Shown here in pieces: positions 37,726 to 47,093 of a DNA stretch of 64,000 nt. Where the stretch lies: assembly GCA_965214705.1 (NCBI GenBank), contig CBDCCI010000002.1, positions 2,688,001 through 2,752,000 on the forward strand, written 5' to 3'. The stretch's first letter is position 1. Each line of letters begins with the position of its first letter. The position numbers and the translations under genes were made by a program. Below the pieces are notes generated by a model. The model was not told the origin of the DNA. It did no database searches and was given only the letters and a program-made list of their open reading frames with translations. This DNA is from Alphaproteobacteria bacterium (GTDB lineage Bacteria > Pseudomonadota > Alphaproteobacteria > UBA828).

Positions 37726-38913
37726 ATGGCCGCGAGGAGGCGGCGTCTGACCGACGCCAGCGTGGCCCGGCTGATGCCGGCGGCCCGGGAGTACACGGTC
37801 TGGGACACGCGGCAGGCGGGTCTCGGCGTGCGGGTCCGTCCGTCGGGGCACCGCAGCTTCGTGTATTGCCGGAAGGGCGACGGCGGCGCGCGCAGGATCA
37901 CGCTGGGACCTGCCGCGGTGACGGGCGTCGAGGAGGCGCGCGCGCGGTGCCTGGATATCGAGACCGGAGCGCGGTCCGGCGGGCCGGAACGCGGAGCGGT
38001 GCCGACGTTCGGCAAGTTCGCCGCGGGACCGGGCAAGGCGTGTTTCGAGCGGGGCAAGCCGTCCACGCGAGAGGCCCAGGCCAGGGTCGTCGCCGCGCGC
38101 CTGCTTCCGGCCTTCGGCTCCCTGCCGCTCGACCGGATCGACCGGGCCGGCGTGACCCGCTGGTTCGACGAATACAGCCGCACCGCGCCGGGCGGGGCCA
38201 ATGAGGCACTGGGTCTGCTCTGTCGAATCCTGAACCATGCGATCGTCTGCGGCCATCTCCGGTCGAACCCGGCCCGGGGCATCAAGCGGAACCCCAGGCC
38301 GAAGCTCACGCGCTTCCTGTCGCGCGGGGAGATCCGCCGCCTTCACCGCGAGCTGGATCGTTACGCCGGCGCGCGGCCGTCGCGCGCGCGGCAGGCGGAC
38401 ATCATCCGCCTGCTGCTGCTGACCGGCTGCCGCAAGAGCGAGATCCGGACCCTGCGCTGGCGGGACGTGGACGGGGACACGCTCAATCTGGCCGACGCCA
38501 AGACCGGCCCGAGACGGGTTTTCCTCAATGCGCCGGCCCGCGCCATCGTGGAACGGCAGCCGCGATCCGGGAGTGCCCTCGTCTTCCCCTCGCCGATCGA
38601 CCCGGGTAGGCCACTGTGCTCCGACTTGCCGCTCTGGTACTCGGTGCGCAGGGAGGTCGGGGTCGAGGACGTGCGAATTCATGACCTTCGGCATACGTTC
38701 GCCAGCCACGCCGTGCTGCAAGGCGTCCCACTACCCGTTGTCTCGCGCCTGCTCGGCCACAAGCACCCGAGCATGACGCTTCGCTACGCGCACGTCGGCG
38801 ACCGCGAGACCGAGGCGGCGGCGGAGCGCATCGGCGCGGCCATCGCGCAGGCGCTGGGACTGGGCACTCAACTGCACCCCTCGGATGCGTCGAGCGGCAG
38901 CTCGTCCGGGTGA
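37726..38913 (+). CDS. Tyrosine integrase 2 (N-terminal arm-binding domain), intact
   Basis: LTDASVARL...VWDT...GLGVRVRPSG...RITLG; LTGCRKSE; DAKTG; IHDLRH; LLGHK; TLRY; starts 3 nt after the int1 stop. Confidence 0.92.
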   Translation: MAARRRRLTDASVARLMPAAREYTVWDTRQAGLGVRVRPSGHRSFVYCRKGDGGARRITLGPAAVTGVEEARARCLDIETGARSGGPERGAVPTFGKFAAGPGKACFERGKPSTREAQARVVAARLLPAFGSLPLDRIDRAGVTRWFDEYSRTAPGGANEALGLLCRILNHAIVCGHLRSNPARGIKRNPRPKLTRFLSRGEIRRLHRELDRYAGARPSRARQADIIRLLLLTGCRKSEIRTLRWRDVDGDTLNLADAKTGPRRVFLNAPARAIVERQPRSGSALVFPSPIDPGRPLCSDLPLWYSVRREVGVEDVRIHDLRHTFASHAVLQGVPLPVVSRLLGHKHPSMTLRYAHVGDRETEAAAERIGAAIAQALGLGTQLHPSDASSGSSSG

Positions 38914-39073
38914 GCGCATCGACCCGGCGCTCGGTGAGGCGAACCGTCGCCATTGACATTCCTCCTGCTTTCCGTTGCAGCCGGGGCGAATTCGTGGACC
39001 GATTCCGTGTGTTCCGGCCAAGTCAGGAGGAAAAAAGCAACGCTAAGTCAGTATATTAGAGCCGTAGGTGCGC
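38911..39073 (-). repeat. Right arm of the long inverted repeat, with an integrase-start relic MATVRLTERRVDAL
   Basis: Reverse complement of the left arm; retains the AGGAGG RBS and ATG. Confidence 0.85.
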
Positions 39074-39107
39074 CGAACACACACGACAATACAGGCGATG
39101 TGTTCTT

Positions 39108-40538
39108 CTACATCGCCTCTAGCCCGAATCGCTCGACCGCTTCGAGCGTCTCACGAACGTCGTCCCACGATGTGGTGTGGTTGATGATGCACATCCTGAG
39201 CGCGAACGTTCCACGCAGCATCGTCGACGACATGAACGCCGGATCGTCCCAGAACATGCGGGCGAGCACGGTCCTGTTGACCTTTTCCAGCACTTCCTCG
39301 TCGAGGTCAGCGCCCGCCGGATTGACCCGGAAGCACACGATGCCCAGCGTCACCGTGTTCAGGGACTCCAGGACCGAACTCGCGCGGACGTACTCTTCAG
39401 CCTGGGTGGAAAGTTCCATCCCTCTGGCGACCGCACGCCGAAACGCCGCCATCCCGAAGGTCTGAACCGACATCCAGACCTTGAGGGCGCGAACCGAGCG
39501 GCTCAGCTGCAGGCCGAGATTGGAAAAATTGGGGTGGTTCGCCCCCCAGACCGTGTCCTGAAGAATATCGGGTCGGACCGCGAATGCATCCGCGAGCGTG
39601 CTCTCGTCCTTCACAAGCAGGCAGCCCGCCTCGTAGGGCTGGAAGAACCACTTGTGCGCATCCAGTCCGACCGAATCGGCGCGTTCGATTCCGCGGAGAA
39701 GCCGCTTGCCGCGCTCGGTCACCACGGCGAAGCCGCCGTAGGCGGCGTCGACATGCAGCCAGAGGCCTTCCGCCGCGCAGAAGTCTGCCATCTCCTCCAG
39801 CCTATCGATGGTCCCTGTGCCGGTCGTGCCGGCGTTGGCGGCGACCGCGATAGGGCTGAGGCCGGCGTCGCGGTCTGCGGCCACAGCGCGAGCGAGGGCA
39901 GCCATGTCCATGCGGAAGTCCGCGTCGCTCGGAATCATGCGGATGCAGTCGCGCCGAATGCCGACGATGAACGCTGCGCGGGAAAGGGCGCTGTGGCTCT
40001 GGTCGCTCATGTAGACAGTGGCGCGTTCGGGGTGGCCCGCCGCCTCGCGCGCCGCAACGAAGGCGTCGACGCTGGCAGCCGAGCCGCCGCTGGTGAAAAG
40101 GCCGCCCGCGCCCTCCGGGTAGCCAAGCCAACGCCTGAACCAGTCGATGACGACCAGTTCCAGCTGGCTAGGCCCGCTTGCAACCAGCCACGTACTTTGG
40201 TTGATGTGATAGCCGGCGGCCGCGAAGTCGGCCACCACGCCGGGCCAGGTGGGCGACGACGGGATGAAGCCGAAGCAGCGTGGATGATCAAGACGTGTGG
40301 CGTAGGGGAGAATGTCGCGCGCCGCCCGCTCGATCACCTCTTCTGCGGACCTCCCGTCCTCTGGCGGGTCCTCGAGCAGCTGGTCTTCGAGGACCTGCCG
40401 GAACTCACCCTCCCAGGCATTCTCTCCCGGCAGGCTCTCGATCCGCTCTACCACGAGCTCAAGCGCCTTTTGCCCGAGGTCGAGCATCTGCTCACGCGAC
40501 ATCTGGAGTTCGGCAGCCGCCTGCGCGTCAAGATCCAC
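39108..40538 (-). CDS. Group II PLP-dependent decarboxylase (aromatic-L-amino-acid decarboxylase-like); original N-terminus detached by an IS1634-like element
   Basis: HPRCFGFIP; TSGGS; LHVDAAYGG; DAHKW; LRMCIINHTT; removing the IS adds in-frame MADRPVTRKTGDPLPDDFKSE from ATG 42701. Confidence 0.9.
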   Translation of the reverse strand: MDLDAQAAAELQMSREQMLDLGQKALELVVERIESLPGENAWEGEFRQVLEDQLLEDPPEDGRSAEEVIERAARDILPYATRLDHPRCFGFIPSSPTWPGVVADFAAAGYHINQSTWLVASGPSQLELVVIDWFRRWLGYPEGAGGLFTSGGSAASVDAFVAAREAAGHPERATVYMSDQSHSALSRAAFIVGIRRDCIRMIPSDADFRMDMAALARAVAADRDAGLSPIAVAANAGTTGTGTIDRLEEMADFCAAEGLWLHVDAAYGGFAVVTERGKRLLRGIERADSVGLDAHKWFFQPYEAGCLLVKDESTLADAFAVRPDILQDTVWGANHPNFSNLGLQLSRSVRALKVWMSVQTFGMAAFRRAVARGMELSTQAEEYVRASSVLESLNTVTLGIVCFRVNPAGADLDEEVLEKVNRTVLARMFWDDPAFMSSTMLRGTFALRMCIINHTTSWDDVRETLEAVERFGLEAM

Positions 40539-40549
40539 CTCGGACTTGA

Positions 40550-42645
40550 CCCATCTTTGCCATTTTGGCGCGCGCCTGCGACCTAAGTAGTTGCGATGAT
40601 GGGCTGATTTTCTGGCCCATCTGGGATTATGGCACTACGTTTGTGCGCTCATCGCGACACTCCCGGGAGCACCGCCCGGCGCCTGTGGGGATCCACCGTG
40701 AGGCCCGCCGCCTGCGCGATGACGCGCGCCTCGGCGTCGGGTTGAGCATCCTGGCGGATGACGATGCGGTTTCCGTCCACCTCCCGGATGGTGGAGGTGA
40801 GACGCACCCAGCCCGCGAGCTTGTCGCGGATCGTACTCCAGCGGTCATGCAAGCCGTGCGCCGCCAGACGGGTTCGCAGCAGATGAACCGCGTGGTAGGC
40901 GAGGACGGCGATGAACAGGTGGGCGGCGATGCGCGAGGTCTTGGAGTGCCAGACCGGGCGCAGGCCGATTTCGGATTTCAGGCTGCGGAAGGTGGCCTCG
41001 AGCTCTGTGAGCTTCCAGTAGGTTCGGACCACGGTTTCAAGATCCCACTCGACGTGGCTGGTGCGCAGCACATAGATGCCCGCTTGGCGGTCGCGCTCGG
41101 CATGGAGAGCGTTGCGCCTCCAGCGGACCGCACTGGCCCGCCCCTTCTCTCCGGGCTCGACCTCGATGTCGTACTGACGGTGGACGCGCCTGTACCTTTC
41201 CTTCAGCCGGCCCAGCTTCTCCATCACCTTGGTGAACTGCTTGATGTGGTTCTTCTTCGACAGCCCGCCATGCAGGGCGCGCAGGGCGTCCTCGAAGTTG
41301 TGACGCTGACGGGCGAGCACGGCCTCGTCCTTCTGCTGGCGCTCATGGCTCCAGACGCACAGGTGCGCTTCGTCGTCCCCTGCCGCGAGACGCCAGGCGC
41401 GGGCATCGTGGCCGGCCCGGGTTTCGAAGGCGGCATCGGCTTCGCGCCCGGGCGGCGCCGAGACGCCGCGGCGAACGGTGATCCAGTGATAGCCGCCCGC
41501 CCGCAGCCAGGCGAGGTTGGCCTCGGTGGAGATGCCGGCGTCCATGATGACCGTGGGCCTGGGGGCGTTGCTGCCGCGCGCTTGGCATTCCAGCCGCCCG
41601 ATGGCGTCGGCGAGAGTGGCCGGCTCGGAGATGTTGCCGGGCAGGATCTCGCTGTGCTGCGGAAAGCCGGCCTGGTTCAGCGACAGGGCCAGGGTCACGA
41701 TCGGACAATCGTCACGCCTCTGCTTCGAGCGCCCGAAGCGGGCCAGCGCGGAGCTGGGCCGTCCGGTCATATGGGTGTTGGTCAGGTCGAAGAAGACGAT
41801 GGTGTCGGGGATGCCGAAGAGATCGCGCTCCCGGGCGCACAGCGCCTCTTCAAGCGCCGCGCGGTGACGCCACAAGAGGTCGCCGATGCGGTAGAGCTTG
41901 CTGAGCGTGAGCGACTTGCCGCTGTCGACATCGAGCAACTCCAGGGTCGCGCTGTTCGCGCTCAGCCAGCGGAAGGCCTCGCGCTCGCTGGAGGGATGGA
42001 TCATGCGCGCGACCACCAGTGCCGCCGCGATGCGTGCGTCGCGCTCACTTGCGCCCAGCCTCTCCAGCGTCTCGATGAAGCGAAGGTCGTCAAGCGCGGC
42101 GAGAGCCAGGCGCTCGCAGCCCACCGAGCGGACCTGTTCGTGGGAGAGGCTATCGAGACGGACCGTGGCCAGGTCGCTCTCGTCCCCGGGCCGCGACGCG
42201 CCGAGATCGCGGGCGTGAAGCCGCCGTACGACGTCCTCGGCGACGGGGCGCAAGGCGGCATCCGGCTCCAGCAGCGGCTCGCTGCCGGCGAGAAGGGTTT
42301 CGATCAGAAGCGCCAATTCGCGCCATTGCTCCTCGGGCACACCGAAGTCGGCGCCGAGATTGAGGAGCGTGACCTGGCGCACCCTTCCGCCGATGCGTTC
42401 GCTGCGCACGAGGCGGTAGGTGGCATAGCGCTCGCCACCGTCTCCGCGACCGGTGAGGGTTTTGCGAATGAACATGGCGGCAGGGTCACGGACAGTTTGC
42501 GGACTGTCAAGGAGCGCCGGCCCACAGACCAAAGATTATGGCACTACAATGGACTTCCCAAAACACAATCCAACAAAATCAGTGCCTTAGATCCCAAAGG
42601 CTACCCAAAATCAGGCCTTCGGGACCGAAAAGTGGCAAAGATGGG
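40550..42645 (-). mobile_element. IS1634-family-like IS (2096 bp)
   Basis: IRs CCCATCTTTGCCA/TGGCAAAGATGGG; TTGA on both flanks (40546-40549, 42646-42649). Confidence 0.88.
40649..42475 (-). CDS. IS1634-like DDE transposase
   Basis: YRLVRSERIGGRVRQVTLLNLG; FFDLTNT; FGRSKQRRDD; IMDAG; YWKLTELEATFRSLKSEIGLRPVWH. Confidence 0.88.
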   Translation of the reverse strand: MFIRKTLTGRGDGGERYATYRLVRSERIGGRVRQVTLLNLGADFGVPEEQWRELALLIETLLAGSEPLLEPDAALRPVAEDVVRRLHARDLGASRPGDESDLATVRLDSLSHEQVRSVGCERLALAALDDLRFIETLERLGASERDARIAAALVVARMIHPSSEREAFRWLSANSATLELLDVDSGKSLTLSKLYRIGDLLWRHRAALEEALCARERDLFGIPDTIVFFDLTNTHMTGRPSSALARFGRSKQRRDDCPIVTLALSLNQAGFPQHSEILPGNISEPATLADAIGRLECQARGSNAPRPTVIMDAGISTEANLAWLRAGGYHWITVRRGVSAPPGREADAAFETRAGHDARAWRLAAGDDEAHLCVWSHERQQKDEAVLARQRHNFEDALRALHGGLSKKNHIKQFTKVMEKLGRLKERYRRVHRQYDIEVEPGEKGRASAVRWRRNALHAERDRQAGIYVLRTSHVEWDLETVVRTYWKLTELEATFRSLKSEIGLRPVWHSKTSRIAAHLFIAVLAYHAVHLLRTRLAAHGLHDRWSTIRDKLAGWVRLTSTIREVDGNRIVIRQDAQPDAEARVIAQAAGLTVDPHRRRAVLPGVSR

Positions 42646-43073
42646 TTGAAATCGTCAGGCAAGGGGTCACCTGTCTTCCTTGTCACCGGTCGATCCGCCA
42701 TTTTCACTTCGTACTTTCATTCCCAGATCCCAACACGTGCGCCGCGGGAAGGAAACTCCGAGCAGCAAATGCGGCGCGCCGCTGTATGCGGCCAACAACG
42801 AAAACCCATCCCGGAAACGGCGGTCACACGGTAGTAGAGACGGCAACATGGAGCACTGCCCCGGACGGGACGCTGCGCTCTCCACGCCCAAAGCCCCAGC
42901 TTCGACGTCGCAGACCGGGTTCTCACCTTGTTTGGCGTGATCAGATAGTTCATTGGCGCGTTCGGGTGATGATCTGGCACGTCTTTGCCCCCACATTTCT
43001 GGCTACGACAACACTTGGCAACAACGCGGGCGATCTGGCCTGCAATCAAGACCCTATTGAAAGGAGACCCAAC

Positions 43074-44088
43074 GTGAGCCAAACAATATTCATTACCGGC
43101 GCTTCGAGCGGCATCGGCAGGGCGACGGCGATTTTCTTTCAGGAAAGGGGATGGAACGTCGTTGCGACGATGCGCCGTCCCGAAAACGAAAAGGAGCTGA
43201 CCCAACTCGACAACGTGTTCGTTACGGCACTCGATGTTCAGAACCCCGCTTCGATCGCCGATGCGGTGGAAGCAGGCATCGAGCGATTCGGCAAGATCGA
43301 AGTGCTGTTGAACAACGCGGGTTACGGATCCTACGGCGTGCTCGAAGCCACGCCGATGGAAAAGGTGCGGCGGCAGTTCGACGTCAACGTGATCGGCCTG
43401 CTGACCCAACTCGACAACGTGTTCGTTACGGCACTCGATGTTCAGAACCCCGCTTCGATCGCGATGCGGTGGAAGCAGGCATCGAGCGATTCGGCAAGAT
43501 CGAAGTGCTGTTGAACAACGCGGGTTACGGATCCTACGGCGTGCTCGAAGCCACGCCGATGGAAAAGGTGCGGCGGCAGTTCGACGTCAACGTGATCGGC
43601 CTGCTGGAAACCACCAAGACCGTGCTTCCCCATTTCCGAGCCAATGGGGGTGGCGCCATCATCAATGTTTCTTCGGCGGCAAGATGACCTTTCCGCTCGG
43701 CACCCTTTACCACGGCTCCAAGTTCGCAGTGGAGGAACTATCCGAGGCTTTGAGCTTCGAGATGGAAGCCATTGGGGTGAAGGTCAAGATCGTCGAGCCG
43801 GGCATAATCAACACCGACTTCAGCGGCCGCTCTCTCGACATCAATAACGATGAGAGCCTGACTGAATACCAGGAGTTCGTCGGCAAGATCTTCACTGCCT
43901 TTGGCTCGCGGACGGACCCCGGATCGGAGCCGGAGACGGTCGCCGAGGTGATCTACGACGCCGCAACCGACGGATCGAACCAGCTGCGCTACACCGCCGG
44001 GCCCGACGCCGTCGAGATCATCGCCAGCCGCAAGGCTGCTGACGACGCGACTTTCATCGGCGGCATCAAGGACCAATTCGGGCTTTGA
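43074..44088 (+). pseudogene. SDR oxidoreductase with an internal tandem duplication and two frameshifts
   Basis: ITGASSGIG, LLNNAGYG (twice), YHGSK and VEPG spread over three frames. Confidence 0.85.
43196..43602 (+). repeat. Tandem duplication of 204 + 203 bp
   Basis: Units 43196-43399 and 43400-43602, with GCTG at each junction; second unit lacks one C (GATCGCCGATG vs GATCGCGATG). Confidence 0.92.
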
Positions 44089-44108
44089 TTCGCCGGGGAG
44101 TGACAAGG

Positions 44109-45710
44109 ATGAAAGCGAAAGAGGCCGTTGACCGTTTGGACCCGAACAAGTGGTCCCGAACCCCGCCCGCAGAGCGCCTGCATTTCCTTGAGCAAGTGCG
44201 CGGGAACCTCAAGACGTATGGCAACGAGCTCGCCGCCGCCGACACGAGGATGAAAAACGGACTGATGGGCGAGACCCTGTTCAACGATGCGCTCTCGAAA
44301 GTTGCCACCATGGTGCCGATGGCGAACACCGTCACCGCGGCGATCGAGCTCTACGAAGAGCTGGTGCACGGCGAGATGCCAGAACCGCTGGCGATCACCA
44401 AGATTGACAAAGGCCTCTACGACATCAATGTGTTTCCGTCGTCGGCGAAAGACCGACTGATGTACGGTGATCGCACGGAAGTGCTGCGCGTGACAGGCGA
44501 GCCGAAACAGATCGATCCCATGGATAAGCCCGCCGGCATCGTCGCTGTGCTTGGAGCAGGCAACTACTCGTCGTCGCTGGAAATGCTCAAGGCGATGTTC
44601 TTCGAGAACTGCACCGTCGTGCACAAACCCCACCACTTGAATGCCGCGACGGATGCGGTGTGGGAGAAGATTATGGAGCCGCTGGTGGAGCACGGCGTGC
44701 TCAGCTTCGTCGACCACGACCAAGGGCGCGACCTCACCGTCGATCCGCGGCTCAGCAAGATCTACTTCACGGGTGGCACGAGTACGGCGCTGGCAATCAT
44801 GAAAGCCACCGATACGCCGATGGTCAGCGAGTGCGGTGGCAACAACCCCTGCCTGATCGTGCCGGGAGAACGGCCGTGGACCGACAAGGAAATCACCCAT
44901 CAGGCCCAGCAGATAGCCACGATCTCCAAGATGAACGGCGGCGCCGTCTGCGGTCGGGTCCAGACGGTGGTGACCTCCAGGAACTGGCCGCAGCGGGAAG
45001 CATTCCTGGTCGCGCTGAGACGGGCAATAGCCGAGGATACGCCGGCAGCGGGCACCTATTATCCCGGGTCCGACGAAACCGCCCAGGCCTTCCGTGAAGC
45101 CTACCCGAACGCCGAGATCCTCGAGCCGGAGGGCGGAAGATTCGAGCATGCCGATTTCGTGCTGATCACCAACGCCGAAGAGCAAGGCTACGCCACGGCC
45201 CACGAGGCCTTTTGCCAGATCATCGGCGAAGTACCGCTGGACACGGAGGCGAATGCGGATGACTTTCTGCCCAAGGCGGTCGCCTTCTGCAACGCCCACC
45301 TGCTCGGTACGTTGGCAGGCTGCATCCTGATCGACGAAGACACGAAGAAGGTGCATCAGGCCGCGCTGGATCAGGCAGTGACCGACATGGAGTATGGGGC
45401 GATCGCGATCAACACCATGCCCCCCTTTATCTTCCTCAGCCCTTGGCTGACCTGGGGAGGCAACGAGGAAGGCAAAGAGTTCGTTTCCGGCCACGGCAAT
45501 TTCGGCAACGGGATGAATTTCGAGAATGTGCAAAAGTCGATCATGACCGCCGGTTTCATGTCTCCCGGACACATGATCCAGACCAACAAGACTGCCTTCG
45601 ATCGCATGGCGACCAACATGGCGCGCTATGCCGTCGAACCGAACTGGATGAACCTCATCCGGCTGATGGGCGGCGCCGTCGCTGGTTCTTTGCGCCACAA
45701 GGATTTCTAG
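44109..45710 (+). CDS. Aldehyde dehydrogenase family protein
   Basis: VLGAGNY; IYFTGG; ECGGNNP; catalytic GAVC; EAFC; LLGTL. Confidence 0.85.
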   Translation: MKAKEAVDRLDPNKWSRTPPAERLHFLEQVRGNLKTYGNELAAADTRMKNGLMGETLFNDALSKVATMVPMANTVTAAIELYEELVHGEMPEPLAITKIDKGLYDINVFPSSAKDRLMYGDRTEVLRVTGEPKQIDPMDKPAGIVAVLGAGNYSSSLEMLKAMFFENCTVVHKPHHLNAATDAVWEKIMEPLVEHGVLSFVDHDQGRDLTVDPRLSKIYFTGGTSTALAIMKATDTPMVSECGGNNPCLIVPGERPWTDKEITHQAQQIATISKMNGGAVCGRVQTVVTSRNWPQREAFLVALRRAIAEDTPAAGTYYPGSDETAQAFREAYPNAEILEPEGGRFEHADFVLITNAEEQGYATAHEAFCQIIGEVPLDTEANADDFLPKAVAFCNAHLLGTLAGCILIDEDTKKVHQAALDQAVTDMEYGAIAINTMPPFIFLSPWLTWGGNEEGKEFVSGHGNFGNGMNFENVQKSIMTAGFMSPGHMIQTNKTAFDRMATNMARYAVEPNWMNLIRLMGGAVAGSLRHKDF

Positions 45711-45755
45711 GCGGTCGAACTGGCGAAGCTGAACCCGGCGCGGTAGGAAGAGAAG

Positions 45756-46751
45756 GTGGTTACATACGACTACGCGCTCGACGTAGGCTGGCGCGCGCTC
45801 CTCGCCGATCTTGGAGTATCCCCCGCAGATGTGCTGCGGCGTGCGGCTTTACCGGAAGACCTTTTCTCGCGGCCGGATGCGCGACTCGAGCCACAGGCGT
45901 TCTATCGCTTTTGGGAGAGCCTCGAAGCCGAGTTCGACGATCCGCTGTGGCCTATTCACCTGTGCCAGGCCGTACGGTCGGAATCATTCTCCCCTCCCCT
46001 GTTCGCCGCCATGTGCAGCTCGAACTTCCTCTCCGCAGCGAAGAGGATCAGCCAGTACAAGCCGCTGATCGGACCTCTGCGGCTCGACGTCGCCGAAGAA
46101 GGGGAATTGGTCCGGCTCACACTGGAATGGTTGGGGTCAGCATCGAATCCCCCCGTTTCACTGGTGACCGTCGAGCTATTATTCTTCGTGTGCTTGATCC
46201 GCATGGCGACGCGAGCCCCGATCTGCCCAATCGAGGTCACCACGCCTGTTCCCCCGGAACCTGCCCAACCATATGAGGAGTTCCTTGGCGCGCCCGTCAG
46301 TAGTTCTGCTACGCATACCCTGCGCTTCAGCCGCGACGACGCTTTGCTTCCGTTTCTTACGGCAAGCGACGGCATGTGGCAGGCGTTCGAGCCCGAGTTG
46401 CGCCGCCGACTCGCTGAGCTCGACGAATCGGCCAAGATGTCGGAACGCGTGCGTGCGGCGTTGCTGGAATGCCTGCCAAGTGGGCGAATATCGATAGACT
46501 CGGTGGCCAAAACGCTCGCGCTGAGCAAGCGTACGCTCCAGCGCCGACTGAGCGACGAAGACACGAGCTTCCAGTTTGTCCTGAAAGCCACGCGTGAGGC
46601 ACTTGCCCGCCACTACCTGCAACAGACAACGCTGCCGGCAGCGGAGATCTCCTTTCTGCTCGGCTTCGAAGAGCCGAACTCGTTCTACCGAGCCTTCAGC
46701 GACTGGACGGGGCAGACGCCGGACAGTGTTCGCCAAGCTGCGCTCCATTGA
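45756..46751 (+). CDS. AraC-family transcriptional regulator
   Basis: VAKTLALSKRTLQRRL; ISFLLGFEEPNSFYRAF..WTGQTP. Confidence 0.92.
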   Translation: MVTYDYALDVGWRALLADLGVSPADVLRRAALPEDLFSRPDARLEPQAFYRFWESLEAEFDDPLWPIHLCQAVRSESFSPPLFAAMCSSNFLSAAKRISQYKPLIGPLRLDVAEEGELVRLTLEWLGSASNPPVSLVTVELLFFVCLIRMATRAPICPIEVTTPVPPEPAQPYEEFLGAPVSSSATHTLRFSRDDALLPFLTASDGMWQAFEPELRRRLAELDESAKMSERVRAALLECLPSGRISIDSVAKTLALSKRTLQRRLSDEDTSFQFVLKATREALARHYLQQTTLPAAEISFLLGFEEPNSFYRAFSDWTGQTPDSVRQAALH

Positions 46752-46769
46752 TACTCAATCTCAACGGGC

Positions 46770-47092
46770 CGGCGATTGCAGATATCATTCCCAACGCACA
46801 CGCCTCACAGGCCATCGTGAACGCGTCGATCTTGCCGCAGCTATTCATCTCCGATGTGTTCATCCGGATGGAGAACGCGTCGGCGTGGCCCACGACCTTC
46901 GCGGACGTGTTCCCGGTGCGACACATGGAGCTGGCCCGACATGCATGCTTCGAACCCTTTGAGACCGTAAGTGGATTCGAGTGGGTGCTGGCCGTCATGG
47001 CGACATGGCTGGTCGGTGGACTGCTGGTCACGGTGCGCTCTTTCCGGTGGGAGCCGCGCTGCTGGGCGCCGCTCCGGCTGGCGCAGACTTAA
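46770..47092 (+). pseudogene. C-terminal fragment of an ABC-2 type permease
   Basis: AIVNASILPQLFISDVF...ADVFPVRH...RSFRWEPR; no N-terminal half. Confidence 0.6.
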
Positions 47093-47093
47093 A

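Larger units (their letters stand above)
34265..39073 (+). mobile_element. Putative element of two tandem tyrosine integrases bracketed by ~163-bp imperfect inverted repeats
   Basis: 34265-34427 aligns without gaps to the reverse complement of 38911-39073 (26 mismatches by hand count); interior holds only int1, int2 and an inserted IS. Confidence 0.7.
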
